Shown: positions 10,799-19,305 of the stretch, in pieces | Position numbering within the stretch: the first letter of the stretch is position 1 | Layout of the letters: the number at the start of each line of letters is the position of its first letter | Assembly (NCBI GenBank): GCA_963736925.1 | Contig: CAVTQP010000001.1 | Span: 243,297 to 307,296, forward strand | Length of the DNA: 64,000 nucleotides | From: an uncultured Actinomycetes bacterium | GTDB lineage: Bacteria; Actinomycetota; Acidimicrobiia; Acidimicrobiales; CAVTQP01 | Reading direction: 5' to 3' | Program-made: the position numbers and the translations under genes | The notes under the pieces: generated by a model | Databases searched by the model: none | What the model saw: only the letters and a program-made list of their open reading frames with translations | What the model was told of the DNA's origin: nothing

Positions 10799-12211
10799 AT
10801 GACTCCTCCGGACCCGACCTTCTACCGCACCCCGCAGGACGCCTCGAACGCAGCGCCTGAGGCACTTGCGTACGTCGCCGCCTTTCATCGCGGAGAGCCT
10901 TCCAAACCTGGAGCGCCTTCCAAACCTGACGCCTTGGCTGTCGTCGACGTAATGCCTCAATCGGCCGAGTTCGCAAATGTCGTCGGTTGGCTGGACATGC
11001 CGAACGTCGGGGACGAGCTTCACCACTTCGGTTGGAACGCCTGCAGCTCCGCCCTGTGTCACACCGGCCACGACGCTCGCGATCTCGAGCGGCGCTACCT
11101 AATAGTGCCTGGGCTTAGGTCCTCACGCATCCATATCATCGACACCAAGCCCGACCCCCGCCAGCCTCGGCTCGTTAAGGTGATCGAGCCCGAGCAGCTG
11201 GCCAAGAGCGCTGGCTACTCCCGGCCCCATACTCTTCATTGCGGGCCGGATGGTATTTATCTGAGTGCTCTCGGCGGAGCTGGGTCCGAGGGTCCGGGCG
11301 GCATCGCGATGCTCGATCACGGCTCGTTCGAGCCATTGGGGCAGTGGGAGGTGGACCGGGGACCGCAGTACCTGTCATATGACCTCTGGTGGCACCTGAA
11401 CGGCAACGTATTGATTACCAGCGAGTGGGGGACTCCCGAGATGATTGAGAACGGCATCGTCCCGGAGCTCTTGCTCGGACGGGAGTACGGGCACGCCATT
11501 CATTTCTGGGATTTGTCCGAGAGGCGGCACCTACAGACCGTTGACATCGGCGACCAGCACCAGATGGCGCTGGAGCTCAGACCTGCCCACAATCCAGACA
11601 AGGAGTATGGCTTTGTTGGCGTGGTTGTCAACGTCGAGGACCTCTCCGCATCGGTCTGGGCTTGGCACCGGGACGACACGAAATGGACCTTGACCAAGGT
11701 CATCGACATTCCCGCAGAACCCGCTGATCCGAGTGGACTGCCGGCGCTCCTGGAGTCTTTCGGGGCGGTCCCTCCGCTTGTTACAGACATCGATCTGTCA
11801 GTGGACGACAAGTTCCTCTACGTCTCGTGCTGGGGAACCGGCGAGATGAGGCAGTACGACGTGAGCGATCCGTTTTCACCGAGACTGACGGGCTCGGTCA
11901 GGATCGGTGGAATCGTGCAGGGGAGACCTCACCCCTCGTCACCCGAGCGCCTGAGGGGCGGTCCTCAGATGGTTGAGGTGAGCCGGGATGGCCAGAGGGT
12001 CTATTTCACCAACTCGCTCTACGGCGCTTGGGACGATCAGTTCTACCCAGAGGGCGTGGGCTCTTGGCTCGCCAAAGTGGACGCGATCCCCGGCGGTGGG
12101 ATCGAGTTCGATGAAGACTTCTTCGTGACCGACTTCCGAGGTCTGCGGCCTCATCAGGTGCGGCTTCAGGGCGGTGACGCCTCGTCCGACTCCTACTGCT
12201 TCTCTGGCTGA
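10799..12211 (+). CDS. Selenium-binding protein family (SBP56 / methanethiol-oxidase-like)
   Basis: 470 aa with SBP56 hallmarks along the full length: GDELHHFGWNACSS, RIHIIDTKPDPRQP, HTLHCGPDG, FLYVSCWGTGEMRQYDVSDP. Confidence 0.9.
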   Translation: MTPPDPTFYRTPQDASNAAPEALAYVAAFHRGEPSKPGAPSKPDALAVVDVMPQSAEFANVVGWLDMPNVGDELHHFGWNACSSALCHTGHDARDLERRYLIVPGLRSSRIHIIDTKPDPRQPRLVKVIEPEQLAKSAGYSRPHTLHCGPDGIYLSALGGAGSEGPGGIAMLDHGSFEPLGQWEVDRGPQYLSYDLWWHLNGNVLITSEWGTPEMIENGIVPELLLGREYGHAIHFWDLSERRHLQTVDIGDQHQMALELRPAHNPDKEYGFVGVVVNVEDLSASVWAWHRDDTKWTLTKVIDIPAEPADPSGLPALLESFGAVPPLVTDIDLSVDDKFLYVSCWGTGEMRQYDVSDPFSPRLTGSVRIGGIVQGRPHPSSPERLRGGPQMVEVSRDGQRVYFTNSLYGAWDDQFYPEGVGSWLAKVDAIPGGGIEFDEDFFVTDFRGLRPHQVRLQGGDASSDSYCFSG

Positions 12212-12217
12212 GAGAGG

Positions 12218-12251
12218 CTGCCGGCCCAGACGACACCGGGTAGGCCGGCAG
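12218..12251. terminator. GC-rich hairpin between convergent genes (putative bidirectional terminator)
   Basis: 9-bp stem CTGCCGGCC / GGCCGGCAG with a 16-nt loop, lying between the SBP56 stop (12211) and the repeat-gene stop (12308). No clear U-tract. Confidence 0.4.
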
Positions 12252-12307
12252 GCCCATCTCGCTCGCTACCTATTTGGTCCCTTGGCTTCAGCCGTGGGCT
12301 GGTCCGC

Positions 12308-13933
12308 TCAGCCGCCTAGCTGGCCGACCAGCTGAGTCGTGGAGTTTCCGTTCTCAGCGTTGGCCTTGGCCGATGAGCTATTGGACTGGTCCACGTGGCC
12401 GTTGTTCGAGCCGAAGCTGAGCACCGACACCGGGACGTTGGCGTTGACCGGCGCTATCTGGGTCGAGGTGGCCTTGGCCGAAGCCTGCTGGTCGGTCTCG
12501 TTGCCCTGACCAGCCACCTGGTTCCCTCCGGTGCTCTTGGTCCGGCTCGCACCCTGGCCGTAGCCGTTGTCCTGCTGGCCCTGGCTCTGGCCGACCAGCT
12601 GAGTCGTGGAGTTTCCGTTCTCAGCGTTGGCCTTGGCCGATGAGCTATTGGACTGGTCCACGTGGCCGTTGTTCGAGCCCAAGCTGAGCACCGACACCGG
12701 GACGTTGGCGTTGACCGGGAACACCTGGGTCGAGGTGGCCTTGGCCGAAGCCTGCTGGTCAGTCTCGTTGCCCTGACCAGCCACCTGGTTCCCACTGGTG
12801 CTCTTGGTCCGGCTCGCACCCTGGCCGTAGCCGTTGTCCTGCTGGCCCTGGCTCTGGCCGACCAGCTGAGTCGTGGAGTTCCCGTTCTCAGCGTTGGCCT
12901 TGGCCGATGAGCTATTGGACTGGTCCACGTGGCCGTTGTTCGAGCCGAAGCCGAGCACCGACACCGGGACGTTGGCGTTGACCGGCGCTATCTGGGTCGA
13001 GGTGGCCTTGGCCGAAGCCTGCTGATCAGTCTCGTTGCCCTGAACAGCCACCTGGTTCCCACCGGTGGAGAGGGAGCCTTCGCTTGCGGGTGGCAAGACC
13101 GTCGTAGCGCCGCTCCTCACCCTTGAGCTGGGACATGCTGCATTGTTCGATGCTAGAGAGGCCGCAGCCGAGCCCTGGCCAATGTGGTCGAGCGAAGGCG
13201 ATTCGCCTCCTCTGTGTTGTGAACCTGGCGGGTACGCCAGGTTGCCACCCAAGAGCACCAATGCCAACGAGGCGGCAACGGCAGAGGTTGTTAGAGCGCC
13301 GCCTAACGCGAGGAGCGAGGAACGCCTACGCCGATGACCAGATGAAGGCGATCCCCGAAGTGTGCGGTCGGCTGACAGGCGAGCATCATCCTCCTGCGCT
13401 CTCGCGGACGGCTTGGGAGTCCCGAGGACCGGGTCTCGATCGAGCGACTCTGCCCACGCAGTGCCGCTACCGTCGACCACAGGCTGTGGCTGGGAGGCCA
13501 GGCGCCGAAAAACCGGGCCCGGCCCGACCTGTTCCTCGAGTGGGTCCTCGCCCGATTTCATCCTCGCGATTACCGCATCGCGCAACCCGTTGGAGACCAG
13601 CGGGACGAGCGGGTACCTATCGGCCGCATCGGAGACTAGCTCTGGCGACGTCGACACCACATTGGGCGATTCCCGGCGTTTCCCGAGGACAGGTGCTTCG
13701 GCGAGCGCAGAACTGGCGTTCAACGCTTTTGAAGCGCGAGTTCCTATGCAGATCGTGACAATTCCGCCTATCCACAAGAGGCCGACGACGGCCAACAGCA
13801 CTAGCCACGGCGTCATCTCGTGTACCCCCATTCGACCCCCGGCCGACCAGCCGCGTCGGCGACTAGCACCCCGGGAGTAACAGCCGCTGCGACTGTCGCG
13901 GCGGCGATTGGAATGAAATGTTTCATTGGGCAA
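12308..13933 (-). CDS. Membrane-anchored repeat protein with three tandem 89-aa Q/N/G/S-rich (chaplin/curlin-like) domains
   Basis: 541-aa ORF with a TTG start. It has an N-terminal TM (WLVLLAVVGLLWIGGIVTICIG) and a second hydrophobic segment after RRRR. Three near-identical units follow (GNQVAGQGNETDQQASAKATSTQ-PVNANVPVSVLS-GSNNGHVDQSNSSSAKANAENGNSTTQLVGQ). Confidence 0.75.
   Translation of the reverse strand: MPNETFHSNRRRDSRSGCYSRGASRRRGWSAGGRMGVHEMTPWLVLLAVVGLLWIGGIVTICIGTRASKALNASSALAEAPVLGKRRESPNVVSTSPELVSDAADRYPLVPLVSNGLRDAVIARMKSGEDPLEEQVGPGPVFRRLASQPQPVVDGSGTAWAESLDRDPVLGTPKPSARAQEDDARLSADRTLRGSPSSGHRRRRSSLLALGGALTTSAVAASLALVLLGGNLAYPPGSQHRGGESPSLDHIGQGSAAASLASNNAACPSSRVRSGATTVLPPASEGSLSTGGNQVAVQGNETDQQASAKATSTQIAPVNANVPVSVLGFGSNNGHVDQSNSSSAKANAENGNSTTQLVGQSQGQQDNGYGQGASRTKSTSGNQVAGQGNETDQQASAKATSTQVFPVNANVPVSVLSLGSNNGHVDQSNSSSAKANAENGNSTTQLVGQSQGQQDNGYGQGASRTKSTGGNQVAGQGNETDQQASAKATSTQIAPVNANVPVSVLSFGSNNGHVDQSNSSSAKANAENGNSTTQLVGQLGG
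12311..13062. repeat. Tandem 267-bp coding repeat, about 2.8 copies at about 95-97% identity
   Basis: Period 267 nt, seen from identical landmarks at 12395, 12662 and 12929. The repeat is in frame (89 aa) within the 12308..13933 CDS. Confidence 0.9.
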
Positions 13934-14025
13934 ACCTCTCCTTGTTCAAGGTTGGGTTCTGGGTGTCCCAGACGAACGGCTGGCCCGATGGACGGCCGCG
14001 GCGACGAATAGGAGCTTGAGAGAGG

Positions 14026-14058
14026 CTGCCGGCCAGCCGACATCGGGTAGGCCGGCAG
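14026..14058. terminator. Second copy of the CTGCCGGCC/GGCCGGCAG hairpin (part of a segmental duplication)
   Basis: Same stem as at 12218-12251, embedded in a ~320-bp duplicated block (14016-14340 versus 12209-12540). Confidence 0.35.
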
Positions 14059-14115
14059 GCCCATCTCACTCGCTACCTATTTGGTCCCTTGGCTTCAGCC
14101 GTGGGCTTGGTCCGC

Positions 14116-14340
14116 TCAGCCGGCTAGCTGGCCGATCTGCTGAGTTGTGGAGTTCCCGTTCTCAGCGTTTGGCCATGGCCGATGAGCTATTGGACTGGTC
14201 CACGTGGCCGTTGTTCGAGCCGAAGCTGAGCACCGACACCGGGACGTTGGCGTTGACCGGGAACACCTGGGTCGAGGTGACCTTGGCCGAAGCCTGTTGA
14301 TCAGTCTCGTTGCCCTGACGGACGGACGGCTCCTCCGACG
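14116..14340 (-). pseudogene. Frameshifted fourth copy of the chaplin/curlin-like repeat domain
   Basis: Translates as RQGNETDQQASAKVTSTQVFPVNANVPVSVLSFGSNNGHVDQSNSSSA. A 1-nt insertion (gcgtTtggcc) then shifts the frame before ...NAENGNSTTQQIGQLAG*. There is no start codon, and it is out of frame with the upstream 650-aa ORF. Confidence 0.6.
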
Positions 14341-14369
14341 GACGTTTCCGGCTGCAATGCGCGGAACGC

Positions 14370-16322
14370 TTAGCCAGGTGCCTCTAGAGCGGAGAGGAAT
14401 GGAGGTGGTGGCATCTGGGTGGCCCCCAGAAGCAGTCGTCGGCCTCCCAGAAGAGCGACAAGGCTCACCAGCGCGATGAAACCAGCTGCTGCGCCTAAGC
14501 CGCCCGAAGAAGATCCAATCGAGCCAGAGAACCCGGTTCCTGCGGGGGGTGGCAACGAAAAGGCCAGGGGCCCGTTCGTCTGAGGCTGTGTGGATCCGAG
14601 TGGTCCCTTCGCGGGCTCGAGGGTGAGGTGTGCGATTCCAGTTCCCCGCCCTGGCAACGTCGTCCAAGCGGCGGGCGAGGGGCCGGATTGTGACTGAGGC
14701 GGACTTGCGGCTTGCTGGCGCCCGCTAGGGGCCTGATAAGGGCCTGACGCAGTATTCGCCGGAGAGCCAGGTCCGCCACCTGCCGCACTTGCAGGCCTGA
14801 GGAAGTTGGTGAGCGTTGTCGTCAAGCCACCCGCCGGGCCGGAGGTACCGGGGCCACTGGGCGGCACCAAGCCGTTGTGCGCCGCGGGGGTCACCAGGTT
14901 GGTGACCGGGGTCACGAAGTTGGTGACAGGGGGCACGAAGTTGGTCACCGCCGTGGTCAAGCCACTGAGCGGACCAGACCCACCCGCCGGGCCGGAGGTA
15001 CCGGGGCCACTGGGCGGCACCAAGCCGTTGTGCGTCACGGGGGTCACGAAGTTGGTGACCGGGGGCACGAAGTTGGTGACAGGGGGCACGAAGTTGGTCA
15101 CCGCCGTGGTCAAGCCACTGAGCGGACCAGACCCACCCGCCGGGCCGGAGGTACCGGGGCCACTGGGCGGCACCAAGCCGTTGTGCGCCACGGGGGTCAC
15201 CAGGTTGGTGACAGGGGGCACGAAGTTGGTGACAGGGGGCACGAAGTTGGTCACCGCCGTGGTCAAGCCACTGAGCGGACCAGACCCACCCGCCGGGCCG
15301 GAGGTACCGGGGCCGCTGGGCGGCACCAAGCCGTTGTGCGTCACGGGGGTCACCAGGTTGGTGACAGGGGGCACGAAGTTGGTGACAGGGGGCACGAAGT
15401 TGGTCACCGCCGTGGTCAAGCCACTGAGCGGACCAGACCCACCCGCCGGGCCGGAGGTACCGGGGCCGCTGGGCGGCACCAAGCCGTTGTGCGTCACGGG
15501 GGTCACGAAGTTGGTGACAGGGGGCACGAAGTTGGTCACCGCCGTGGTCAAGCCACTGAGCGGGCCAGACCCACCCACCGGGCCGGAGGTACCGGGGCCG
15601 CTGGGCGGCAGCAAGCCGTTGTGCACCACAGGGGTCACCAGCTTGGTGACTGGGCTTAAGACGCCGGCTGGCGTACTTCCGGTCTTGTTCGTTAGATCCC
15701 GAACCAAACTGCCACCGTTGGAACCGCCACCAGTCGGTGGACTCCCAAGTGGGTTGACTACGGAACCCAGAACCGACGACGAGTTAGGGACCGAAGGTTG
15801 GGTTCCACCGGCCAGCGTAGGCAGCTGACCCGAGAAACCACTAAGGCGATCGGGCTTACCCGTCGAAGGAGCTTGCCCACCTCCCCCGAGGTACTTGGCG
15901 GAGTTGGTGGGCGGGGATGACGAGGGAATAGGCGACGCCGCTGTAGGCGTCAACGGAATAGGCGACGTTGGGGTGTGCAGAGCAGACGAGGGCACCGAGC
16001 CCGTTGTTGTAGGAGAGGAAGGCTTCGTGGGGGTGGAAAGCTTTGGAGAGGGGATCGACTGTTTCGGCGTGCTGGCGGCGGCTGGCTTTGTAGCAGGAAG
16101 CAGCTGGCCGGGAACCCCGGACGGTGCAGGTAGTGGCGGTGGTTTTATTGCATTGGGCGAAAGGGTGAGCGCGGCGGCCGGGCGCGCGAAGAGCAAGCCA
16201 AGTAGGACTGCAGCGACTATCCCACCCGCGATCAGAAGCAGCAGGTGCAGCCGGCGCCCAAGTTTTCCCCTGCCCGTATGATCGAAATCAACGGCTAGTT
16301 CCACCGCGAACCTGTCCAGCAA
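14370..16322 (-). CDS. Secreted/membrane-anchored Pro/Gly/Thr-rich repeat protein (51-aa units containing VTNFVPP heptads)
   Basis: 650-aa ORF with a signal-like N-terminus (RRLHLLLLIAGGIVAAVLLGLLFARPAAA), a P/S/T-rich stalk, and 5 tandem units (GLVPPSGPGTSGPAGGSGPLSGLTTAVTNFVPPVTNFVPPVTNLVTPVTHN). It has a C-terminal TM plus basic tail (AAAGFIALVSLVALLGGRRLL). Confidence 0.7.
   Translation of the reverse strand: MLDRFAVELAVDFDHTGRGKLGRRLHLLLLIAGGIVAAVLLGLLFARPAAALTLSPNAIKPPPLPAPSGVPGQLLPATKPAAASTPKQSIPSPKLSTPTKPSSPTTTGSVPSSALHTPTSPIPLTPTAASPIPSSSPPTNSAKYLGGGGQAPSTGKPDRLSGFSGQLPTLAGGTQPSVPNSSSVLGSVVNPLGSPPTGGGSNGGSLVRDLTNKTGSTPAGVLSPVTKLVTPVVHNGLLPPSGPGTSGPVGGSGPLSGLTTAVTNFVPPVTNFVTPVTHNGLVPPSGPGTSGPAGGSGPLSGLTTAVTNFVPPVTNFVPPVTNLVTPVTHNGLVPPSGPGTSGPAGGSGPLSGLTTAVTNFVPPVTNFVPPVTNLVTPVAHNGLVPPSGPGTSGPAGGSGPLSGLTTAVTNFVPPVTNFVPPVTNFVTPVTHNGLVPPSGPGTSGPAGGSGPLSGLTTAVTNFVPPVTNFVTPVTNLVTPAAHNGLVPPSGPGTSGPAGGLTTTLTNFLRPASAAGGGPGSPANTASGPYQAPSGRQQAASPPQSQSGPSPAAWTTLPGRGTGIAHLTLEPAKGPLGSTQPQTNGPLAFSLPPPAGTGFSGSIGSSSGGLGAAAGFIALVSLVALLGGRRLLLGATQMPPPPFLSALEAPG
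14860..15650. repeat. Tandem 153-bp coding repeat (one 132-bp variant) with a nested 21-bp sub-repeat
   Basis: The unit landmark GGTCACCGCCGTGGTCAAGCC occurs at 14943, 15096, 15249, 15402 and 15534. The internal 21-bp GGTGACAGGGGGCACGAAGTT is iterated 2-3 times per unit. Confidence 0.9.
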
Positions 16323-16570
16323 CTAGAAGTGCTGCTTGCCTTCGTTTTGCAAGGCGGAGGCTGAATTCCGCCCCATACCTCGCACGCAACTTCTGTTTGA
16401 CTGGGTGGTGCCGTCTTCCCCCCAACATCAGACGGCAGCCATAGTAACATTCAAGGTCCTTCGTTGGTGCAAATTTTGGGCCGCGGCGGCCCTTCACCGA
16501 CTGCGGTTAAGTGGTCACTTATTGAGGGAGCCGGCGAAATTGGGACAAATCACCAGTTCAGAGGACATGA

Positions 16571-16643
16571 GGGGACGTAGCTCAGCTGGAAGAGCACCTG
16601 CTTTGCAAGCAGGGGGTCGGCGGTTCGAGTCCGCTCGTCTCCA
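16571..16643 (+). tRNA. tRNA-Ala (anticodon UGC)
   Basis: Acceptor GGGGACG/CGTCTCC, anticodon loop TTTGCAA, T-arm GGCGG-TTCGAGT-CCGCT. CCA is not encoded. Confidence 0.93.
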
Positions 16644-16827
16644 CCTGACGTGGATCTGCACTCCCCAGCTGAGACGCTAGGACTGCCTCAGGCTTGTGAA
16701 GCCAGCGATGCCGCTCAGCGGCATCGGGACAGCTACTAGTACGGCATACGCGACTTTGTTGTGCGCGACCCGATGGTCACCCCTTCACGCTTGGACGCGG
16801 CGGGAGGCTACGCGAGGCGGCCGACCC

Positions 16828-17673
16828 CTACGGCCTAGCATCCGTTGCGATTTCGGGCTTTTCGGCCAGGACTATCTCGGTGTCGCCCGGCCAATCCCAG
16901 AACAGCCCGACGGACGATCTCGCCGACAGAAGGCCCCTCATCTCCCCACTGAACTCCTCACGCCGCTCGGCGTAGAGGTGGGGCGCCGACGATGCCATCG
17001 AGAAGTACCCGGAGATCACGCTCTCGGCGCTACGGACAAGGTCTGGCTTCCCGGGTGCGAAGACAGTCCGGGGCGGCCCGAAGCGGGTCCGGACCAGGAC
17101 GTCCTCGAAACGATGGTTGCGGACGGGCGTTGACCCCTGGCCAGCCCGCCGAGTGGAGCCGAGGTACTTCTCGACCAGAGCCTTGATCTCGTCGTGGGGG
17201 ATCGGCGGCGGCCCGGGGCTGGTCGGGATGGGCCGTCCGGCGACGGTGTGGACGACCAGGGCCATGGCACCCCCCGGCTCCAGCATGTCGTAGACAGCCT
17301 CGGCCACCCGTTCCTCGTCGGTCCAGTGGAACGATTGGCCAAATGTCACCAGCCGGTAAGGTCCGGGGGCTGCGTCGGGCAGGTCCTCAGCCAAGGCCTC
17401 CACCCAGCGGATGTCGGTGGCGTTGAGATCAGGGGCCGCCTCGCGGCCCTGAGCGAGCATGTCGGGATCCGGATCTAGGCCGACGGCTTCCTGGAAGAGC
17501 GCAGCCAACCTGAGAACAAGGATGCCTGGCCCGCACCCGACATCCAGCAGCCGCCCGGATCCGTCCAATCGCAGCTCCTCGGTGAGGACAGTTTCCAGCT
17601 GGGGTGAGTATGGCGGGCGACCGGGACGGTAGTGCGCCGAAGAGCCTCGGTAGAGGGTGGGGTCGTAGGGCAT
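16828..17673 (-). CDS. Class I SAM-dependent methyltransferase
   Basis: Motif I LLDVGCGPG, plus post-I and motif II-like regions. 281 aa. Confidence 0.85.
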   Translation of the reverse strand: MPYDPTLYRGSSAHYRPGRPPYSPQLETVLTEELRLDGSGRLLDVGCGPGILVLRLAALFQEAVGLDPDPDMLAQGREAAPDLNATDIRWVEALAEDLPDAAPGPYRLVTFGQSFHWTDEERVAEAVYDMLEPGGAMALVVHTVAGRPIPTSPGPPPIPHDEIKALVEKYLGSTRRAGQGSTPVRNHRFEDVLVRTRFGPPRTVFAPGKPDLVRSAESVISGYFSMASSAPHLYAERREEFSGEMRGLLSARSSVGLFWDWPGDTEIVLAEKPEIATDARP

Positions 17674-17942
17674 CTCACCAGGATGGTGGCGGGACGAGCC
17701 TTGCCGCCGGGCGAGCCGCTCGAGTGTGGCGAGGGCTGATCCTCCCCGTCAATGCATTCCGGTCGACATGGATGAGCGCATGGAGCTCCATTGATACGGG
17801 GATTCGGTACCGGTCGTGGCGTTCGCTGCGGCAGCCGGGGGCCATGGCGGAGCGCCAGCCTTGCCCCCCCAAGGGAATCCCGGCGACGAAAGGACTGTTC
17901 AACGTGGGAGGACGATGTTGCCAGGTAGCAAAGGAGTACGTG

Positions 17943-18959
17943 ATGCCCGCTGTCACCGTCGACGACCCGCTCGTGCTGGCGCGTATCCCGAGACTCGATG
18001 AGCCCTTCGGCCACGAACGGACTGTGCGTTCGGTCACAACGGCGCCGGCAGGGGTTGAGGGCGAGGGCTTTCCCGTCTTTCGGGCCTTCGCCGGTGTGAG
18101 CACCGCCGACCTCGACCCATTCGTGCACATGGACCAGATGGGCGAGGTCGACTATGCCCCGGGCGAGCCCAAAGGCACCCCTTGGCACCCCCACCGGGGC
18201 TTCGAGACTGTCACCTACATGATCGACGGGGTCTTTGACCACCAGGACTCCAATGGGGGCGGGGGCCGTATCACGAACGGCGACACGCAGTGGATGACCG
18301 CCGGCGCGGGGATCTTGCACATCGAGGCTCCTCCCGAGTTCCTGGTCACGGCGGGCGGGCTGTTCCACGGTATCCAGCTGTGGGTGAACTTGCCGGCTGC
18401 AGACAAGTGGAATCCGCCCCGGTACCAGGACCTGCGCGCGCGGGAGGCGGTGCTGCTCTCATCGCCCGATGGCGGCGCCCTGGTGCGAGTCATCGCCGGT
18501 GAAGTCGCCGGTCACCGTGGTCCCGGGTCTACCTTCACCCCGATGGCGATGGTCCATGCCACCTTGAGCCCGGGTGCTGAGCTGGTGCTGCCTTGGCGGA
18601 CCGACTTCAACGCCCTGGCCTACGTTCTCGCGGGGCAAGGGACCGTTGGCGCTGAGCGCCGACCGATTCATAGCGCGCAACTGACAGTCTTTGGTCCTGG
18701 AGACGCCGTGCGGGTCGCGGCCGCTACCCAGCAGGAGAGCCGTTACCCGAATCTTGACGTATTGCTCCTCGGAGGCCAGCCGATCCGCGAGCCTGTTGTG
18801 CACTACGGCCCGTTCGTCATGAACACCAGGGCTGAGATCGTCCAGGCGCTCGAGGACTTCCAGGCCGGAAAGCTGGGACGAGTCCCGGCGTCCGAGGTAC
18901 CCCACCGTCATCCCGGAGAGGTTGAGGTCGCAGGGACCGCTGAGGCCGAAAAGGAATAG
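17943..18959 (+). CDS. Pirin family protein
   Basis: Bicupin with the pirin metal-site region (WHPHRGFETVTYMIDG...QWMTAGAGILHIE). The start was trimmed to an ATG 6 nt after AAGGAG; a GTG at 17940 is also possible. Confidence 0.88.
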   Translation: MPAVTVDDPLVLARIPRLDEPFGHERTVRSVTTAPAGVEGEGFPVFRAFAGVSTADLDPFVHMDQMGEVDYAPGEPKGTPWHPHRGFETVTYMIDGVFDHQDSNGGGGRITNGDTQWMTAGAGILHIEAPPEFLVTAGGLFHGIQLWVNLPAADKWNPPRYQDLRAREAVLLSSPDGGALVRVIAGEVAGHRGPGSTFTPMAMVHATLSPGAELVLPWRTDFNALAYVLAGQGTVGAERRPIHSAQLTVFGPGDAVRVAAATQQESRYPNLDVLLLGGQPIREPVVHYGPFVMNTRAEIVQALEDFQAGKLGRVPASEVPHRHPGEVEVAGTAEAEKE

Positions 18960-19065
18960 GTAGGGAGGCGGCTAGGGACCCGGTGACAGCGAGCCGCCGG
19001 AGTCTGAGGGGGCAGTTCTGCAGGCTGTCACCAGCGCCGTGGGAGCGGGGAGCCGATGCCTGCAC

Positions 19066-19225
19066 CTGCAGGGCTCGGAGTTTGTCGGGGGTGGACGCAA
19101 TCCTGATTCCGGTGATCCGGGCAGCCACTATGTCCAGGACGGCGGCGTGGACATGAGGCCGTCCTGCTCCACGACCAGGCCAGGTTGTCCGTTGAGGCAT
19201 ACGGCCCTTACGCGTGCCTCCGAGC
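19066..19225 (-). pseudogene. Remnant of a SnoaL-like C-terminal domain (as in SigJ-type sigma factors), frameshifted
   Basis: Two adjacent frames read ARVRAVCLNGQPGLVVEQDG and AAVLDIVAARITGIRIASTPDKLRAL. These resemble the conserved VNGxPG ... GRIxxI ... PDKL C-terminus. No N-terminal part is present. Confidence 0.3.
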
Positions 19226-19305
19226 GGACCGTTTTGGCGGATTCCTGACAAGAAGCTGGCGGAGCGCCACGATCCGAACACCGGGCGTGGCAGCTGTCGC
19301 CACCG

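Noticed and set aside
12311-15650. Regularly spaced near-identical repeats that could be mistaken for CRISPR arrays.
   Set aside because: The units are contiguous (267 bp and 153 bp) with no unique spacers. They are in frame within long ORFs and encode repetitive protein domains. No cas genes are present.
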